Of a stretch of DNA of 64,000 nt, positions 43,812-52,871 are shown one piece after another. The notes under the pieces are model-generated. The model saw only the letters and a list, made by a program, of their open reading frames with translations, was not told the DNA's origin and made no database searches. The stretch is taken from sequence record MZ475895.1, one strand, 5' to 3'. The position numbers and the translations under genes were made by a program. The stretch's first letter is position 1; each line of letters starts with the position of its first letter.

Positions 43812-43834
43812 GTAACCTGTAGTTCTGAATACAT

Positions 43835-43852
43835 GCGGCTCGAAAGGGCCGC
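43835..43852 (+). terminator. GNRA-loop hairpin, variant of the 2802/50334 hairpin
   Basis: GCGGCTC-GAAA-GGGCCGC, no U-tract. Confidence 0.55.
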
Positions 43853-43886
43853 ACACTGACAACAAAGTTGATTGAGGAATCACATT

Positions 43887-45173
43887 ATGTCAAACGCAAA
43901 CAAAATTCTGCTTAACGCTCGTGTACGCCGCTTAGACGGTACTGTTACTTACATCAACAAAGTGAATGCTAACGGTTATAGCACCGATGCGAAAGGCCCG
44001 CAGATTCCTGTCAAGCGCATTGTGTTTGCAGGCAAGATGCTGAAAGAGATTGAACAGCCCTTTGAGAAAGGCGAGCACGTCATTGTGCAGGGCGTTGCAG
44101 TGAAGCTGAACAAGCGCCAGCAACGTGAGCTTGCTGATGGCACTCTCGATGAGAAAGCGCTGCGTCCTGAGTTCGGTAAGCTGGCAGTGATTGACCCTGA
44201 TACAGGCAAAGCAACTGACGGCAAGAAAGTGAAGCCAACCAAGTCTGATGCTAAAGCCCCGAAAGCTGGCGCGAAAGCAAGTCTGAAAGCAACGCGTGAG
44301 CACAACAAAGAGCCGAAGCGCAGTCGCAAACAGCACAAAGCTGAAACGAACGATCTCAAAGACAGTCTGGACATTATCGACGAACGCAAATCACCGAAAG
44401 CGTCTCTGATTGAACGTCTGGATGCAGCAATCGCCGAAGCGAAAACGAAAGCACGCCGTAAGCTGTTAGCCGAAACGTTCGACATGGACTGGGCTGATAT
44501 TAAAAAGCATGGCGGTGCAGGTATCGTTAAGCAGCACGGCCGCAAGAACGCCCAGAAGTTTATTGATCGTCAGACAGTGCAGGTCGATAGCACAACGTTC
44601 ATCAAACAAATGCCAGCGCCGCTCAAGCGTCTTATTCAGGACACTGAGTTGCGTCTCAATCAAAAGCAGATTGAGCAAGTGCTTGGTGCGCTGGGGCTTG
44701 ATACGCAATTCTACGCAGTCGCCGTGCAGGAGCTGCTGGGCAAACTCAAACTGTCCATAGGCGGTCGCGTGATCGAAGGCGAAGTTGTTCGAAAGGAGAA
44801 CACGCCGAAGCCAAAAAGGTTCGTACACGCTGAGGCGCTATATGCAGACAAGAAAGAAGCGAAACGCCGCGTAAGCAAAATGAAATATGCGCTGCTGATT
44901 CCGCCTACGAAAGGTCTGCCTGCGTTACGCATCCATCAGGCAGAGGCAAAGCAGTCACTCGCCGTTCTGCTGCACCTGAAGCCTGGGAACATCAAGCGTG
45001 GTCTGCTTGCGTATGACAACAAAGGCCGTGAGTATATGTATGTCGCTTGCGATATGACGGGCCCTGTGTTCATCGATAAAGATAGCAACGAACTGGCGTT
45101 CACGTATGCCAATCTGATCGATAACTTCAAACTCAAAGCGCAGCCTGTGTCTGAACTGGACGTGGCCGTATGA
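43887..45173 (+). CDS. basic paralogue of 42222..43811 (428 aa)
   Basis: GAGGA before ATG 43887; shares the N-terminal L(N/D)GT...GY...KEIE domain and a C-terminal beta domain with the previous gene. Confidence 0.88.
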   Translation: MSNANKILLNARVRRLDGTVTYINKVNANGYSTDAKGPQIPVKRIVFAGKMLKEIEQPFEKGEHVIVQGVAVKLNKRQQRELADGTLDEKALRPEFGKLAVIDPDTGKATDGKKVKPTKSDAKAPKAGAKASLKATREHNKEPKRSRKQHKAETNDLKDSLDIIDERKSPKASLIERLDAAIAEAKTKARRKLLAETFDMDWADIKKHGGAGIVKQHGRKNAQKFIDRQTVQVDSTTFIKQMPAPLKRLIQDTELRLNQKQIEQVLGALGLDTQFYAVAVQELLGKLKLSIGGRVIEGEVVRKENTPKPKRFVHAEALYADKKEAKRRVSKMKYALLIPPTKGLPALRIHQAEAKQSLAVLLHLKPGNIKRGLLAYDNKGREYMYVACDMTGPVFIDKDSNELAFTYANLIDNFKLKAQPVSELDVAV

Positions 45174-45556
45174 GAACTGAAATCATCGTAGCGGGAGTTC
45201 TCTCTCAACTTTACACGCGGCTGATTACGGCCGCTATAATGAAAGCGCATGTGTATTACTCAGACCTTGCGCCGGTGGTATTCGGTGTGCAGCTTACCAA
45301 AGTCGGTAAGTCGCAGTATCAAGCGCTGTGGGATTTAGTAGCGCTGACGATGCAGATGGACCACGCACACGGCCGACCGCCTGTTGCTGCTCTGTATGTG
45401 TCTCGCGCTAATGCATCAAAACGACCGCCGCAAGCATTCTTCGCTGAATACGAGCGGCTAACTGGTAAGCGACTCAATGACGACGACTGGGAAGAGTTAG
45501 TCGATGAAGTATGGGCAGCTTACTCTCCACCAGAAATCTGTCAGGAGCCGACATGA
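45170..45556 (+). CDS. winged-helix-like protein (128 aa)
   Basis: YYSDLA...GRPPVAALYVSR...PPQAFF resembles the TY.eLA / RP.LsalVV / P..GFF family often found next to restriction-type nucleases (recall). Confidence 0.5.
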   Translation: MRTEIIVAGVLSQLYTRLITAAIMKAHVYYSDLAPVVFGVQLTKVGKSQYQALWDLVALTMQMDHAHGRPPVAALYVSRANASKRPPQAFFAEYERLTGKRLNDDDWEELVDEVWAAYSPPEICQEPT

Positions 45557-46011
45557 AGAAGTTGAAAGCCGTAAAGGTTAAAATTAGCCGCGGTGGTTAT
45601 AAGCCTTCTTCTAAGGAAGAGGCAAAGAAGCTGGTGGCAGAGTTTCTGCTCGGCACCATCGGCATTAGCCCAACGCAAGTCAGTCAACAACTGCTGTTGA
45701 ATATCACGAACTACAACTATTTGACCTCTGTTGCGTATTCTGGACGTTCTACAGATTACAGCCAGGCGGCAGCGCACAAAACTGTAAAAGAACTAAATGA
45801 ATTTTGTCGAAAGCATAAAATTCAACTGGGCTTGCTAATTATGCCCCACACGTCGGCGTCTGAATATGATGGTGACGTAATTGTTGCAATCCCGTGGGAG
45901 CATGTTAAGAACAATCCGCAAATCCAGTCTGCCGTTAATTCTCTGTTTGAATCGGTTGAAGCAGACGGCTACCCACAGTATGTGACTGATGCTAAAACAG
46001 TAGAGGGATAA
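45553..46011 (+). CDS. hypothetical protein (152 aa)
   Basis: AGGAG before ATG 45553; ATGA overlap. Confidence 0.8.
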   Translation: MKKLKAVKVKISRGGYKPSSKEEAKKLVAEFLLGTIGISPTQVSQQLLLNITNYNYLTSVAYSGRSTDYSQAAAHKTVKELNEFCRKHKIQLGLLIMPHTSASEYDGDVIVAIPWEHVKNNPQIQSAVNSLFESVEADGYPQYVTDAKTVEG

Positions 46012-46012
46012 G

Positions 46013-47293
46013 ATGTTCTACGACTATGTATTCAACTTCGACGAGCGCCAGACGCTACTGTCGTTAGCGGAATCCAAGTATCTTCTTAAACGGGACATTC
46101 CCGAGTATCTTAAAAAGTCCAAACACGCAATTGAGATTCGTCACACTGTGACCAATCGTGGACGCGAGCGCCGCTCAGGAACAATAACAACTCCTATCGT
46201 GCCGCGTATTCACACCCGTGATGTTATGCGCTTGCTTGATGATATTCGTGACAACGCGACTTACAGCTCCTGCCAAAGTCTCGCTGAACTGTTTGAATTG
46301 GGCTTGGGCGTTCCGCGCCAGAAAGATATTGCTACTTACCTTCATGCTTATTCGCGTGAGCACGATAAGAAAGGTATCGGTATCAAGTATATCCGCAAGC
46401 TGGTGGTTGATTATCATCGTAAGCACCGTCGTAGTATGGCGGGCAGTCGCTGGTTAATGCCTGCTGCTTACACGGCCAATCTGCTGAACATGCAGAACTT
46501 CATTCATCTGAAAGAAGACGGCTACAAGGGTAAAGTCAAAACGCCAGACGGCATCCCTGTAGTCTTGATTTACCAGAGCACTGAATACGCGACTGGCGAG
46601 TTTACTCTGTGTGACGCATTCATGATTAGTCCGATGGGATATCCAATGCCGTTCGCACAGATTGCGCTGCGTCCCGAGTTCAAGGCTGTGCCTAAAACGT
46701 TTTGCTCCCAAGCTCTGCGTGGCAAAGGCATGTACTCAATGGTTCTCGGTATGATTTACTGGGAGAAAGGTGATTCAGTCGAATTGACACGCGAAGTCAT
46801 GGAGATTGATGACAACCAGTATCTCACGTTGCTCGATGATGAACGTTATGCTGACCGCCGCTCTGATGAATATTCAGCGATGCTGGTCAAGCGTGAAGAG
46901 TTCCGTCGCAATCGTGACAAGTGGCAGTCAGTGATTGATAAGTACGGCCAGACAGTTCGAACCCTCAAGCCTGAGATTAGCGCTCGTCTTGATCGTGCTC
47001 GTCAGTTCTTCTACGACCGCTCCGAGTTCCTGAAAGAGTTCGAGTCTCAGGAGAAGCGTGAGAACACCCGCGCATCAAAACGTTTTGCTGTAGCGTCTGC
47101 GATGTTTGCTGCGATTGACTGTGGGACAATTGCTGATCGTCAGACCTACCTTGCAGTGAGCACAAAGATTGATAAAGTGCATGACATTCTCGGTAAGTGG
47201 GGATTCAACACTGTAAAATCTGTTAATGCTAGTTTGAAGAAGTCTCTTTTAACCTATGACGAATCAGGCGTATCTCGCGTCTGGTCACTATAA
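46013..47293 (+). CDS. hypothetical protein (426 aa)
   Basis: Long ORF; GAGGG upstream. Confidence 0.88.
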   Translation: MFYDYVFNFDERQTLLSLAESKYLLKRDIPEYLKKSKHAIEIRHTVTNRGRERRSGTITTPIVPRIHTRDVMRLLDDIRDNATYSSCQSLAELFELGLGVPRQKDIATYLHAYSREHDKKGIGIKYIRKLVVDYHRKHRRSMAGSRWLMPAAYTANLLNMQNFIHLKEDGYKGKVKTPDGIPVVLIYQSTEYATGEFTLCDAFMISPMGYPMPFAQIALRPEFKAVPKTFCSQALRGKGMYSMVLGMIYWEKGDSVELTREVMEIDDNQYLTLLDDERYADRRSDEYSAMLVKREEFRRNRDKWQSVIDKYGQTVRTLKPEISARLDRARQFFYDRSEFLKEFESQEKRENTRASKRFAVASAMFAAIDCGTIADRQTYLAVSTKIDKVHDILGKWGFNTVKSVNASLKKSLLTYDESGVSRVWSL

Positions 47294-47314
47294 CCCTTAT
47301 CTGAGGAGATAAAC

Positions 47315-50300
47315 ATGTCCGAGAACAATCAAAGCGGAGCTACTCGCTTCGGCACAGAAGTGCAGGCCGGCATCGCAGAAGCGCAACGCCGTGCTAACTC
47401 TGCTGAGAGTGGCAAGCTGAACAAATGCACGATCATCGTGCTGACTTCGATTGACGCCAACCAGCGTTACTCTTATCTGTCCGCAGACGAACAACTGCGC
47501 GAAGAACTGGTGCGTGGTAAAGTAATCAATCGTCTGCCTGATCTGTTAGAGCGTGCTGGTGGTAATACCGCTGCTGACAATAACAGCGCGTTCCACATCC
47601 TGCATCCAAACAACGGTGTGCCTACCTCGATCGATGCTCGCATCAAAGTGGGCGAAGGCAATGCGGTCATTCTGTCATATACTGTAAACAAAGCAGTGAC
47701 AGAGATGCACGGTAGCTTATCGCTTGCTCTGTTTGCATCTGGCGCCGAAGACTTAAATGATCTGGCCGCTGATTTCGGTATTCACGCAATTGCGATTGTT
47801 GAAGAATCGAAAGCCGCTGAGTTCATCAAAGGACTTGAAGCTCAGGTGGAAGCGTTGAATATTGTAAATCTCACTAGCATTGATGATTCTAACGATTCGT
47901 TAGACCTGCCAGTGATTGACTTCGCTGCATTAGCGGGCAATCCTACAACAGTGCTTACGGGCGCTGTGCGTACCTTCATCATGCAATCAATCAGCGGCGA
48001 AGTCTTCGCTGCAATCCCTAATAACGGAGAACTGAACGTGAAAAACGATAACGTGGCTCAGCCTGCTGACCTGGAAGAAGACTTCGACAACAATGATGAG
48101 ATTGTTGATCAGAACGGCGGCGAAGGCGAAGTTACTGGCGAAGAGCTGCTGGGCTACAAAGCAGAAAATCTTTCGCTTGACCAAATGCGTAGTGCGCTTG
48201 AAGCGATCAACTACGACCTGTCTGAAATGACGGAAGAAGCAATCCGTGAAGCGTTCGAAACTGAACAGAACCTTTACCTGGGTGGCGGCGATGATGAATC
48301 TTCCGAAGAAGAGGAAGATGAAGACGCCACTGATGTTGACAGCGACGAAGAAGAAGAGGAAGAAGACGAGGAGTTCGATGCTCCTGCGTATCTGGCTCAA
48401 GCGCTCGCTGCTGAAAACTTTAGCCGTAGCGATCTGAAACTGCTGGTCAAGTCGCAAGACCTGAAAGTGATGAAGAACGACACTCCTGAAACTCTGGTGC
48501 AGAAGCTGCTGGACCTGGTGCAGGACGCATCGTCTGATGAAGTGTTCGAACTGATCACTGTGTTCGTTGAACTGCTGGACGAGCACGGCGTTGAGTGTGA
48601 CGCGCTGCGTGCTACCATCGCTGAGGATGAAAGCGATGAAGACGAAGAAGAGGACGGCGAAGACGAAGACGCCGATGAAGATGGCGACGACGAAGAAGAG
48701 GAAGATGAAGAGGAGTCTGATGAAGACGAATCTGAAACCGAATCTGACGACGAACCTGCAACGCTGTTTTCTGCCTCTGACGTTACTGATCCTCTCGACT
48801 ACTTCCAGTTCGAAGGTGGTGACCTGACTCACGAACAACGCGCCGCTGCCGTACAGGCGATGGGTTCAAGCACTGTTGGTCTGAACATCGTTCAGGTCAT
48901 GAAAGCGTTCAATCAAATCCGTTCACAGTCTAACGCGATTGACATTGCCGCTGATGAAGCCGACTCTGCGCTGTACGACATGCTGACTGCGCTGCCGTAT
49001 GCAACGCTGCTGAGCTTCGCTCAAGAGATTGAGCTGGACGTTGACGGCGAAGAGTCTGCCGAAGATCTCGTCACTTTGCTGATGGACGAATCTACTGCCG
49101 ACAGCGATACGCTGAAAGCGCTGGCGTATGTGTTTGAAACCTACGGCGGCCTGGGTGTTGAAGCAGATGATATCCTGCTGATGGACTGGCATGAAGCGCT
49201 GGCGCTGGTTATTCCTGTGTATGCATCGTCAGACGAAGTTGAGTCCGATGCAGAAGAAGACGAAGACGAAGACGTTATCGCTGATGAAGATTCGTCTAAC
49301 GCTAACCTGAAGTTCCTGAAATCTGTTGACGTCAACAACCCTGTCGGCCCGATGCTCGAAGTTGATATGGACCGCACTCTGGTTATCAACTACACCTTCA
49401 CTGACGGTAACACTTACCGCGATGTGCAAGATGAGCTGGCTGATATCGGTGGCGTTAACTACCGCTTCCCGTTCAATCTGGGCAAAGCTGGTAAAGCAAA
49501 CAAGAGCAGCGCGCCTGGTAGCCTGATTGCTCCTGCTGAACATCTGATCGCAATGTTAGACCGCGCTGGTACTACTCGCTTCTTAGCTGACCCGAACACC
49601 TTCGATGTTGGTGTGTGGGCAGAATCTCTGGAGCGTATGCTGAACGCAGAAATCGCTAACAATCTGTATGCTGGTCGCATTGAAGACGGCGCTGACCCGC
49701 AGCAAGCTGGCATCGTAGTCGGTGACTTCATCGATGAAGACGAGCAAGCAGAAGTTGCTGACCTCGGCCTGCTGGATGAAGATGAGCTGGAAGCGTACAC
49801 TGGTGATCATCTGCCGATTGCAAGCCTGTACAATGCGCAAGCCCGCGTACGTCCAGTCAACGTCGATAGCTCTTACGTTGCACTGAGCACCGTAGTGCTG
49901 AACGTTGCAGTCCCTGGCTTCTGGTGTGACTCTGATGTTGGCCGTCTGGTGCAAGCGTGTGTTAATCGCGTAATCAGCCTGGCAGAAAGCGTTGAAGGCA
50001 TCAAAGTGTACGCAGGCTTCACTCTGGAATCTGCTGCGCTGCTGAACAACGGTCGCCTGTACGAAGTTGTTGGTGCGCTGCGTGAGATGGACGGTGTGCA
50101 GTCTTACTCCGCCGCAGACGCTGCTAACTTCTCAGAAGCGGAAGACATTATCGAAGTAGCGTCTTCTATCGATGATCGTGACCTGCCGTTCACTGTACTG
50201 GCAAGCGGCCTGTCTGGCGCAACGTTTGAAAACGGCGGTGACCTGACCGTGCTGGTTCCGTGCTCTGTCTTCGACGAAGAAGAAGATGAGTCCGAAGAGG

Positions 50301-50326
50301 ACGAGTCAGAAGAAGACGAAGAGTAA
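47315..50326 (+). CDS. very large acidic protein (1003 aa) with repeated helix-extension-helix-like modules
   Basis: GAGGAG upstream; several poly-Asp/Glu tracts; modules AENLSLDQMRSALE, AENFSRSDLKLLVK, LTALPYATLLSFAQEIEL. Confidence 0.92.
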   Translation: MSENNQSGATRFGTEVQAGIAEAQRRANSAESGKLNKCTIIVLTSIDANQRYSYLSADEQLREELVRGKVINRLPDLLERAGGNTAADNNSAFHILHPNNGVPTSIDARIKVGEGNAVILSYTVNKAVTEMHGSLSLALFASGAEDLNDLAADFGIHAIAIVEESKAAEFIKGLEAQVEALNIVNLTSIDDSNDSLDLPVIDFAALAGNPTTVLTGAVRTFIMQSISGEVFAAIPNNGELNVKNDNVAQPADLEEDFDNNDEIVDQNGGEGEVTGEELLGYKAENLSLDQMRSALEAINYDLSEMTEEAIREAFETEQNLYLGGGDDESSEEEEDEDATDVDSDEEEEEEDEEFDAPAYLAQALAAENFSRSDLKLLVKSQDLKVMKNDTPETLVQKLLDLVQDASSDEVFELITVFVELLDEHGVECDALRATIAEDESDEDEEEDGEDEDADEDGDDEEEEDEEESDEDESETESDDEPATLFSASDVTDPLDYFQFEGGDLTHEQRAAAVQAMGSSTVGLNIVQVMKAFNQIRSQSNAIDIAADEADSALYDMLTALPYATLLSFAQEIELDVDGEESAEDLVTLLMDESTADSDTLKALAYVFETYGGLGVEADDILLMDWHEALALVIPVYASSDEVESDAEEDEDEDVIADEDSSNANLKFLKSVDVNNPVGPMLEVDMDRTLVINYTFTDGNTYRDVQDELADIGGVNYRFPFNLGKAGKANKSSAPGSLIAPAEHLIAMLDRAGTTRFLADPNTFDVGVWAESLERMLNAEIANNLYAGRIEDGADPQQAGIVVGDFIDEDEQAEVADLGLLDEDELEAYTGDHLPIASLYNAQARVRPVNVDSSYVALSTVVLNVAVPGFWCDSDVGRLVQACVNRVISLAESVEGIKVYAGFTLESAALLNNGRLYEVVGALREMDGVQSYSAADAANFSEAEDIIEVASSIDDRDLPFTVLASGLSGATFENGGDLTVLVPCSVFDEEEDESEEDESEEDEE

Positions 50327-50333
50327 TTGACAT

Positions 50334-50351
50334 GCGGTCCTTCGGGGCCGC
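50334..50351 (+). terminator. UUCG hairpin identical to 2802-2819
   Basis: GCGGTCCTTCGGGGCCGC. Confidence 0.55.
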
Positions 50352-50377
50352 AATCTTTCTCAACAGGAACTGTCTAA

Positions 50378-51199
50378 ATGTCAGAACAAGTTGATCACGC
50401 AACTAACATCATTAAGATGGTTAGTGACCGTGATGCTAAGATTAGCGAGCTGTCTGTTACGGCAAACGAGCTGCAAGGTCAGGTGAATGACTATGCTGCC
50501 GAACTCGCCGCATCTGCTGTGCGTGAAACTGCATTGCGTTTGAAGCTACGTTCTCAAGAGCGCCAGACGAATACCGATTTAGTTCGTCTGGAAACTCGCA
50601 CGAAAGAGCTGGTGGATATTTCAAACACTCAGATGGCCGAAAGTAACGAGCTTAAAGCACGCGTTGAAGAAATGAACGCTAAGCTGGCGCAAGTTGACCC
50701 GATGCCGTTCGTGCTGCATCTGGTTGCTGTGCAAGCCGCATCTGTGTTCTCGTACATGGTGCAGTCGTTTGCTCATGCTCATGTTAACCAGCGCACCAAC
50801 GATACCACACGCACACTCAGTGCTCTGATGGTAGGCGAAACAGCGCGGCGTTATCAGTCTTTCGAAAAGACCATCGCTCGTTACTGCAACTCGATTGGCG
50901 CTGAACGTCCGAAAGCAAATGATGTGCGTAACGCTTTCCCTGACTTCATGCGTAATGAAGCTGATTTATTCTGTAAAGACCCGAAGTACAGTCACGATTG
51001 CATGGCGTTAGCTGCTATGCTTAATCTGCCTCGTACATCGTGGATGTATCGAAAGTCTCTGGACGCCGTAAACCACTTCGCGTGGATTGCAGCTTTCGAA
51101 GGCAGTCCTCAAGAGTTTGAGTCAGATTCAGATTACAACGAATTATACGTTAACTCGCTTATCGATATTGCAAGCGCGTTAATCGGGCAAAACTTTTAA
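50378..51199 (+). CDS. coiled-coil hypothetical protein (273 aa)
   Basis: AGGA upstream; heptad-like N-terminal half. Confidence 0.85.
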   Translation: MSEQVDHATNIIKMVSDRDAKISELSVTANELQGQVNDYAAELAASAVRETALRLKLRSQERQTNTDLVRLETRTKELVDISNTQMAESNELKARVEEMNAKLAQVDPMPFVLHLVAVQAASVFSYMVQSFAHAHVNQRTNDTTRTLSALMVGETARRYQSFEKTIARYCNSIGAERPKANDVRNAFPDFMRNEADLFCKDPKYSHDCMALAAMLNLPRTSWMYRKSLDAVNHFAWIAAFEGSPQEFESDSDYNELYVNSLIDIASALIGQNF

Positions 51200-51225
51200 T
51201 CTGTAAAACTTCCCTGTGATTTATT

Positions 51226-51244
51226 CTGTAAACACTAATTGAAG
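51226..51244 (+). promoter_or_regulatory. second motif class CTGTAAACAYTAATTGAAG (candidate phage-sigma promoter)
   Basis: 18 of 19 nt identical to 51940-51958; another CTGTAAA at 51201. Confidence 0.55.
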
Positions 51245-51294
51245 TTCGCAACGGGCAAAAGCCCAAATCGAAAAATTAACGGAGTTCCACTACA

Positions 51295-51864
51295 ATGGCA
51301 AAAGCTACTAAGTCAACTAACCTGGTTCCTACCCTGGTTTCTCGCATCGCTAAAAAGTCTGGCTCTATCGGTACTTCGAAAGCAAAAGCAACTGACCTGC
51401 CGCATGACATTCTGATCGAATCTCAGCACGTTGTCGAAATCATCGGTTATATCACTGACCGTTCTGCGAACCACGTTACTCTGCGTCACAAAAAAGGCCA
51501 CGGTTCTTCTTCTCAGATCGTTTCAACCTTCGGCCCGGGTCAACTGCTGACCGTTCTGGGTGAAGCTGGTTCACACGGTTCTGTGCGTGCGCTGATTACT
51601 GCTCCGGTCTGCGAACTGAAAGGCTTCACCATTAAGTATGACGGCGATACCATCATCGCTACTTCTATCGAAACTGGCGAAGTGATTCACGTTAACACCC
51701 AGCTGGCCGGTCACACCGTTCGCGCTACTGTGAACGAAACTGCCGCCGCTAAGAAATACGGCACGCCTGCTCCAGGCAAAGGCAAGAAAGATGCTAAGCC
51801 TGCTAAAGCAGACAAAGCAGCGAAAGGCGGTAAGAAAAAGAAAGGTAGCGACGAAGACTTTTAA
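51295..51864 (+). CDS. protein with two beta-rich repeats and a Lys/Ala-rich tail (189 aa)
   Basis: GGAG upstream; VEIIGYITD... / CELKGFTIK... internal repeat; tail PAKADKAAKGGKKKKGSDEDF. Confidence 0.88.
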   Translation: MAKATKSTNLVPTLVSRIAKKSGSIGTSKAKATDLPHDILIESQHVVEIIGYITDRSANHVTLRHKKGHGSSSQIVSTFGPGQLLTVLGEAGSHGSVRALITAPVCELKGFTIKYDGDTIIATSIETGEVIHVNTQLAGHTVRATVNETAAAKKYGTPAPGKGKKDAKPAKADKAAKGGKKKKGSDEDF

Positions 51865-51897
51865 TCGCTGATCTGAAAATCTGTAAAAACTGATTAT

Positions 51898-51927
51898 GCA
51901 GAGCAACAAAAAATAAAGTTGCTCTGC
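51898..51927 (+). terminator. perfect 10-bp hairpin with an A-rich loop
   Basis: GCAGAGCAAC-aaaaaataaa-GTTGCTCTGC. Confidence 0.6.
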
Positions 51928-51939
51928 CGTTAAACGAAT

Positions 51940-51958
51940 CTGTAAACATTAATTGAAG
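51940..51958 (+). promoter_or_regulatory. second motif class, copy 2
   Basis: CTGTAAACATTAATTGAAG; another CTGTAAA at 51881. Confidence 0.55.
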
Positions 51959-51994
51959 CAAGTCGCTTCTCATCCCATACAGGAAATAAAAACC

Positions 51995-52789
51995 ATGGCT
52001 AAATCTGCTAAAGTAACCGTAACCGTCGCACAGAAAGTTCTGGCTCAGATGCTGGGTGTTGTTGTAGCGAACGCAAGCGAGAAAGAACTCGTTGCGATTC
52101 TGTCTGACCTGGGCCTGACTGTTGCTGCGAAAGGTAAAGGTGCTAAAGCTGAGAAAGCTGCGAAAGGCGGCAAGAAAGCTAAAGCCGCTACCGTTGCTCA
52201 GATCGTTAAGGCCGTTGAAGAAGAGGAAGCTATCTCCCTCGACGGCGTAAGTGAAGATGACCTGCGTGCTGCGGTCGTCAAAGCTAAGCTGGCTAAGGCC
52301 AACAAAGCTAAAGCGCTGGACGAAGAGGAGTTGACTGAACTCCTGACCGACGCAATGGGTGCCGAGTCTGATGAAGACGAGGAAGAGGACGAAGAAGAAG
52401 AGGACGAAGACGAGGACGAAGACGACTCGGACGACGAAGACGAAGATGAAGACGACGAGGACTCAGATGATGAAGATGAGGACGAAGACGACGAAGATTC
52501 GGACGACGAAGACGAGGACGAAGATGATGAGGAGGAAGACGAAGACGAGGATGAAGATGAGGACGAAGATGAAGATCTCGACCTCGACGGCCTCGACGAA
52601 GACGAACTCCGCGCCCTCGTGATCGACAACAAGCTGGCCACTAAGGCCAAAGCTAAAAAGATGGACGAAGACGAACTTCGTGAACTGTGTGAATCCCACT
52701 TCGGCGGCGACGATGAAGACGAAGACGAAGATGAGGACGAAGACGATGAAGACTTCGACGACGAAGACGAAGACGAAGACGACGAATAA
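51995..52789 (+). CDS. bipolar Lys-rich / poly-Asp-Glu protein with duplicated helix-extension-helix modules (264 aa)
   Basis: AGGA before ATG 51995; about 70-residue Asp/Glu run; LDGVSEDDLRAAV...KAKALDEEEL and LDGLDEDELRALV...KAKKMDEDEL. Confidence 0.92.
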   Translation: MAKSAKVTVTVAQKVLAQMLGVVVANASEKELVAILSDLGLTVAAKGKGAKAEKAAKGGKKAKAATVAQIVKAVEEEEAISLDGVSEDDLRAAVVKAKLAKANKAKALDEEELTELLTDAMGAESDEDEEEDEEEEDEDEDEDDSDDEDEDEDDEDSDDEDEDEDDEDSDDEDEDEDDEEEDEDEDEDEDEDEDLDLDGLDEDELRALVIDNKLATKAKAKKMDEDELRELCESHFGGDDEDEDEDEDEDDEDFDDEDEDEDDE

Positions 52790-52840
52790 GTCCTGATCTG
52801 CCGCTGCCCTGCAAGACTAATGAGTGTCTGCGCAGGGCAA

Positions 52841-52871
52841 GAAATATTCGAAAAATAGTTCGAATTATTTC
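52841..52871. promoter_or_regulatory. AT-rich inverted repeat with two TTCGAA palindromes (operator-like)
   Basis: GAAATA-TTCGAA-aaatag-TTCGAA-TTATTTC upstream of the histone-H1-like gene. Confidence 0.4.

Noticed and set aside
51295-51864. Sm/Hfq-like fold for the tandem beta repeats
   Set aside because: Only a loose G-x-[ILV] strand pattern; no Sm1/Sm2 signature I can verify without a profile search.
52360-52790. Periodic GACGAAGAT/GATGAG repeats resembling a CRISPR array or microsatellite
   Set aside because: No fixed repeat with unique spacers; they are synonymous Asp/Glu codons inside an open frame, and no cas genes are present.
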